Part shown: positions 63,931 through 64,000 of the stretch, piece after piece | How the letters are laid out: each line of letters starts with the position of its first letter | Position numbering within the stretch: the first letter of the stretch is position 1 | DNA from: Mustelus asterias | Lineage: Eukaryota | DNA: 64,000 nucleotides | NCBI RefSeq assembly: GCF_964213995.1 | Contig: NC_135806.1 | Span: 79,794,001 to 79,858,000, forward strand | Direction: 5' to 3' | The notes under the pieces: generated by a model | What the model was told of the DNA's origin: nothing | Databases searched by the model: none | What the model saw: only the letters and a program-made list of their open reading frames with translations | Made by a program: the position numbers and the translations under genes

Positions 63931-64000
63931 TTTCAGGTTATACTCACGGCTTTCACTATTACCACCTCGGCAATGTGCTTCTCCACCGGAGTCCGGTTTA

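Larger units (their letters stand above)
62076..64000 (-). mobile_element. Endogenous retrovirus/LTR-element remnant (continues beyond the window)
   Basis: CpG-retaining block starting TGT at the CR1 breakpoint; contains gag and a leader tandem repeat. Confidence 0.6.

Overview
Eukaryotic, repeat-dense intronic or intergenic DNA, almost certainly from a shark: it carries HE1-type V-SINEs, HER1/CR1 LINEs and SacSINE1-like Deu-SINEs. No intact cellular gene is recognisable, and most ORF-track hits are transposon fragments or antisense shadows. Content: more than a dozen CR1 copies, one decayed RTE LINE, L2 relics, about ten tRNA-derived SINEs with two different 3' tails, PIF/Harbinger transposase and Myb/SANT relics with a related MITE family, and a retrovirus-like gag at the right edge. 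The clearest structure is a set of Penelope-like (GIY-YIG) insertions from two families. Several are fold-back palindromes (474-bp arms at 11892-12845; 564-bp arms at 29097-30258) with target-site duplications, a shared CAGTAAG breakpoint, a ~35-bp unpaired tail and minimal hammerhead ribozymes. More speculative items are decayed intronless ORF-like relics at 15.6-16.5 kb and 25.1-27.9 kb (possibly endogenous viral) and several isolated candidate exons. All family assignments come from motif recognition by eye, not from database searches.
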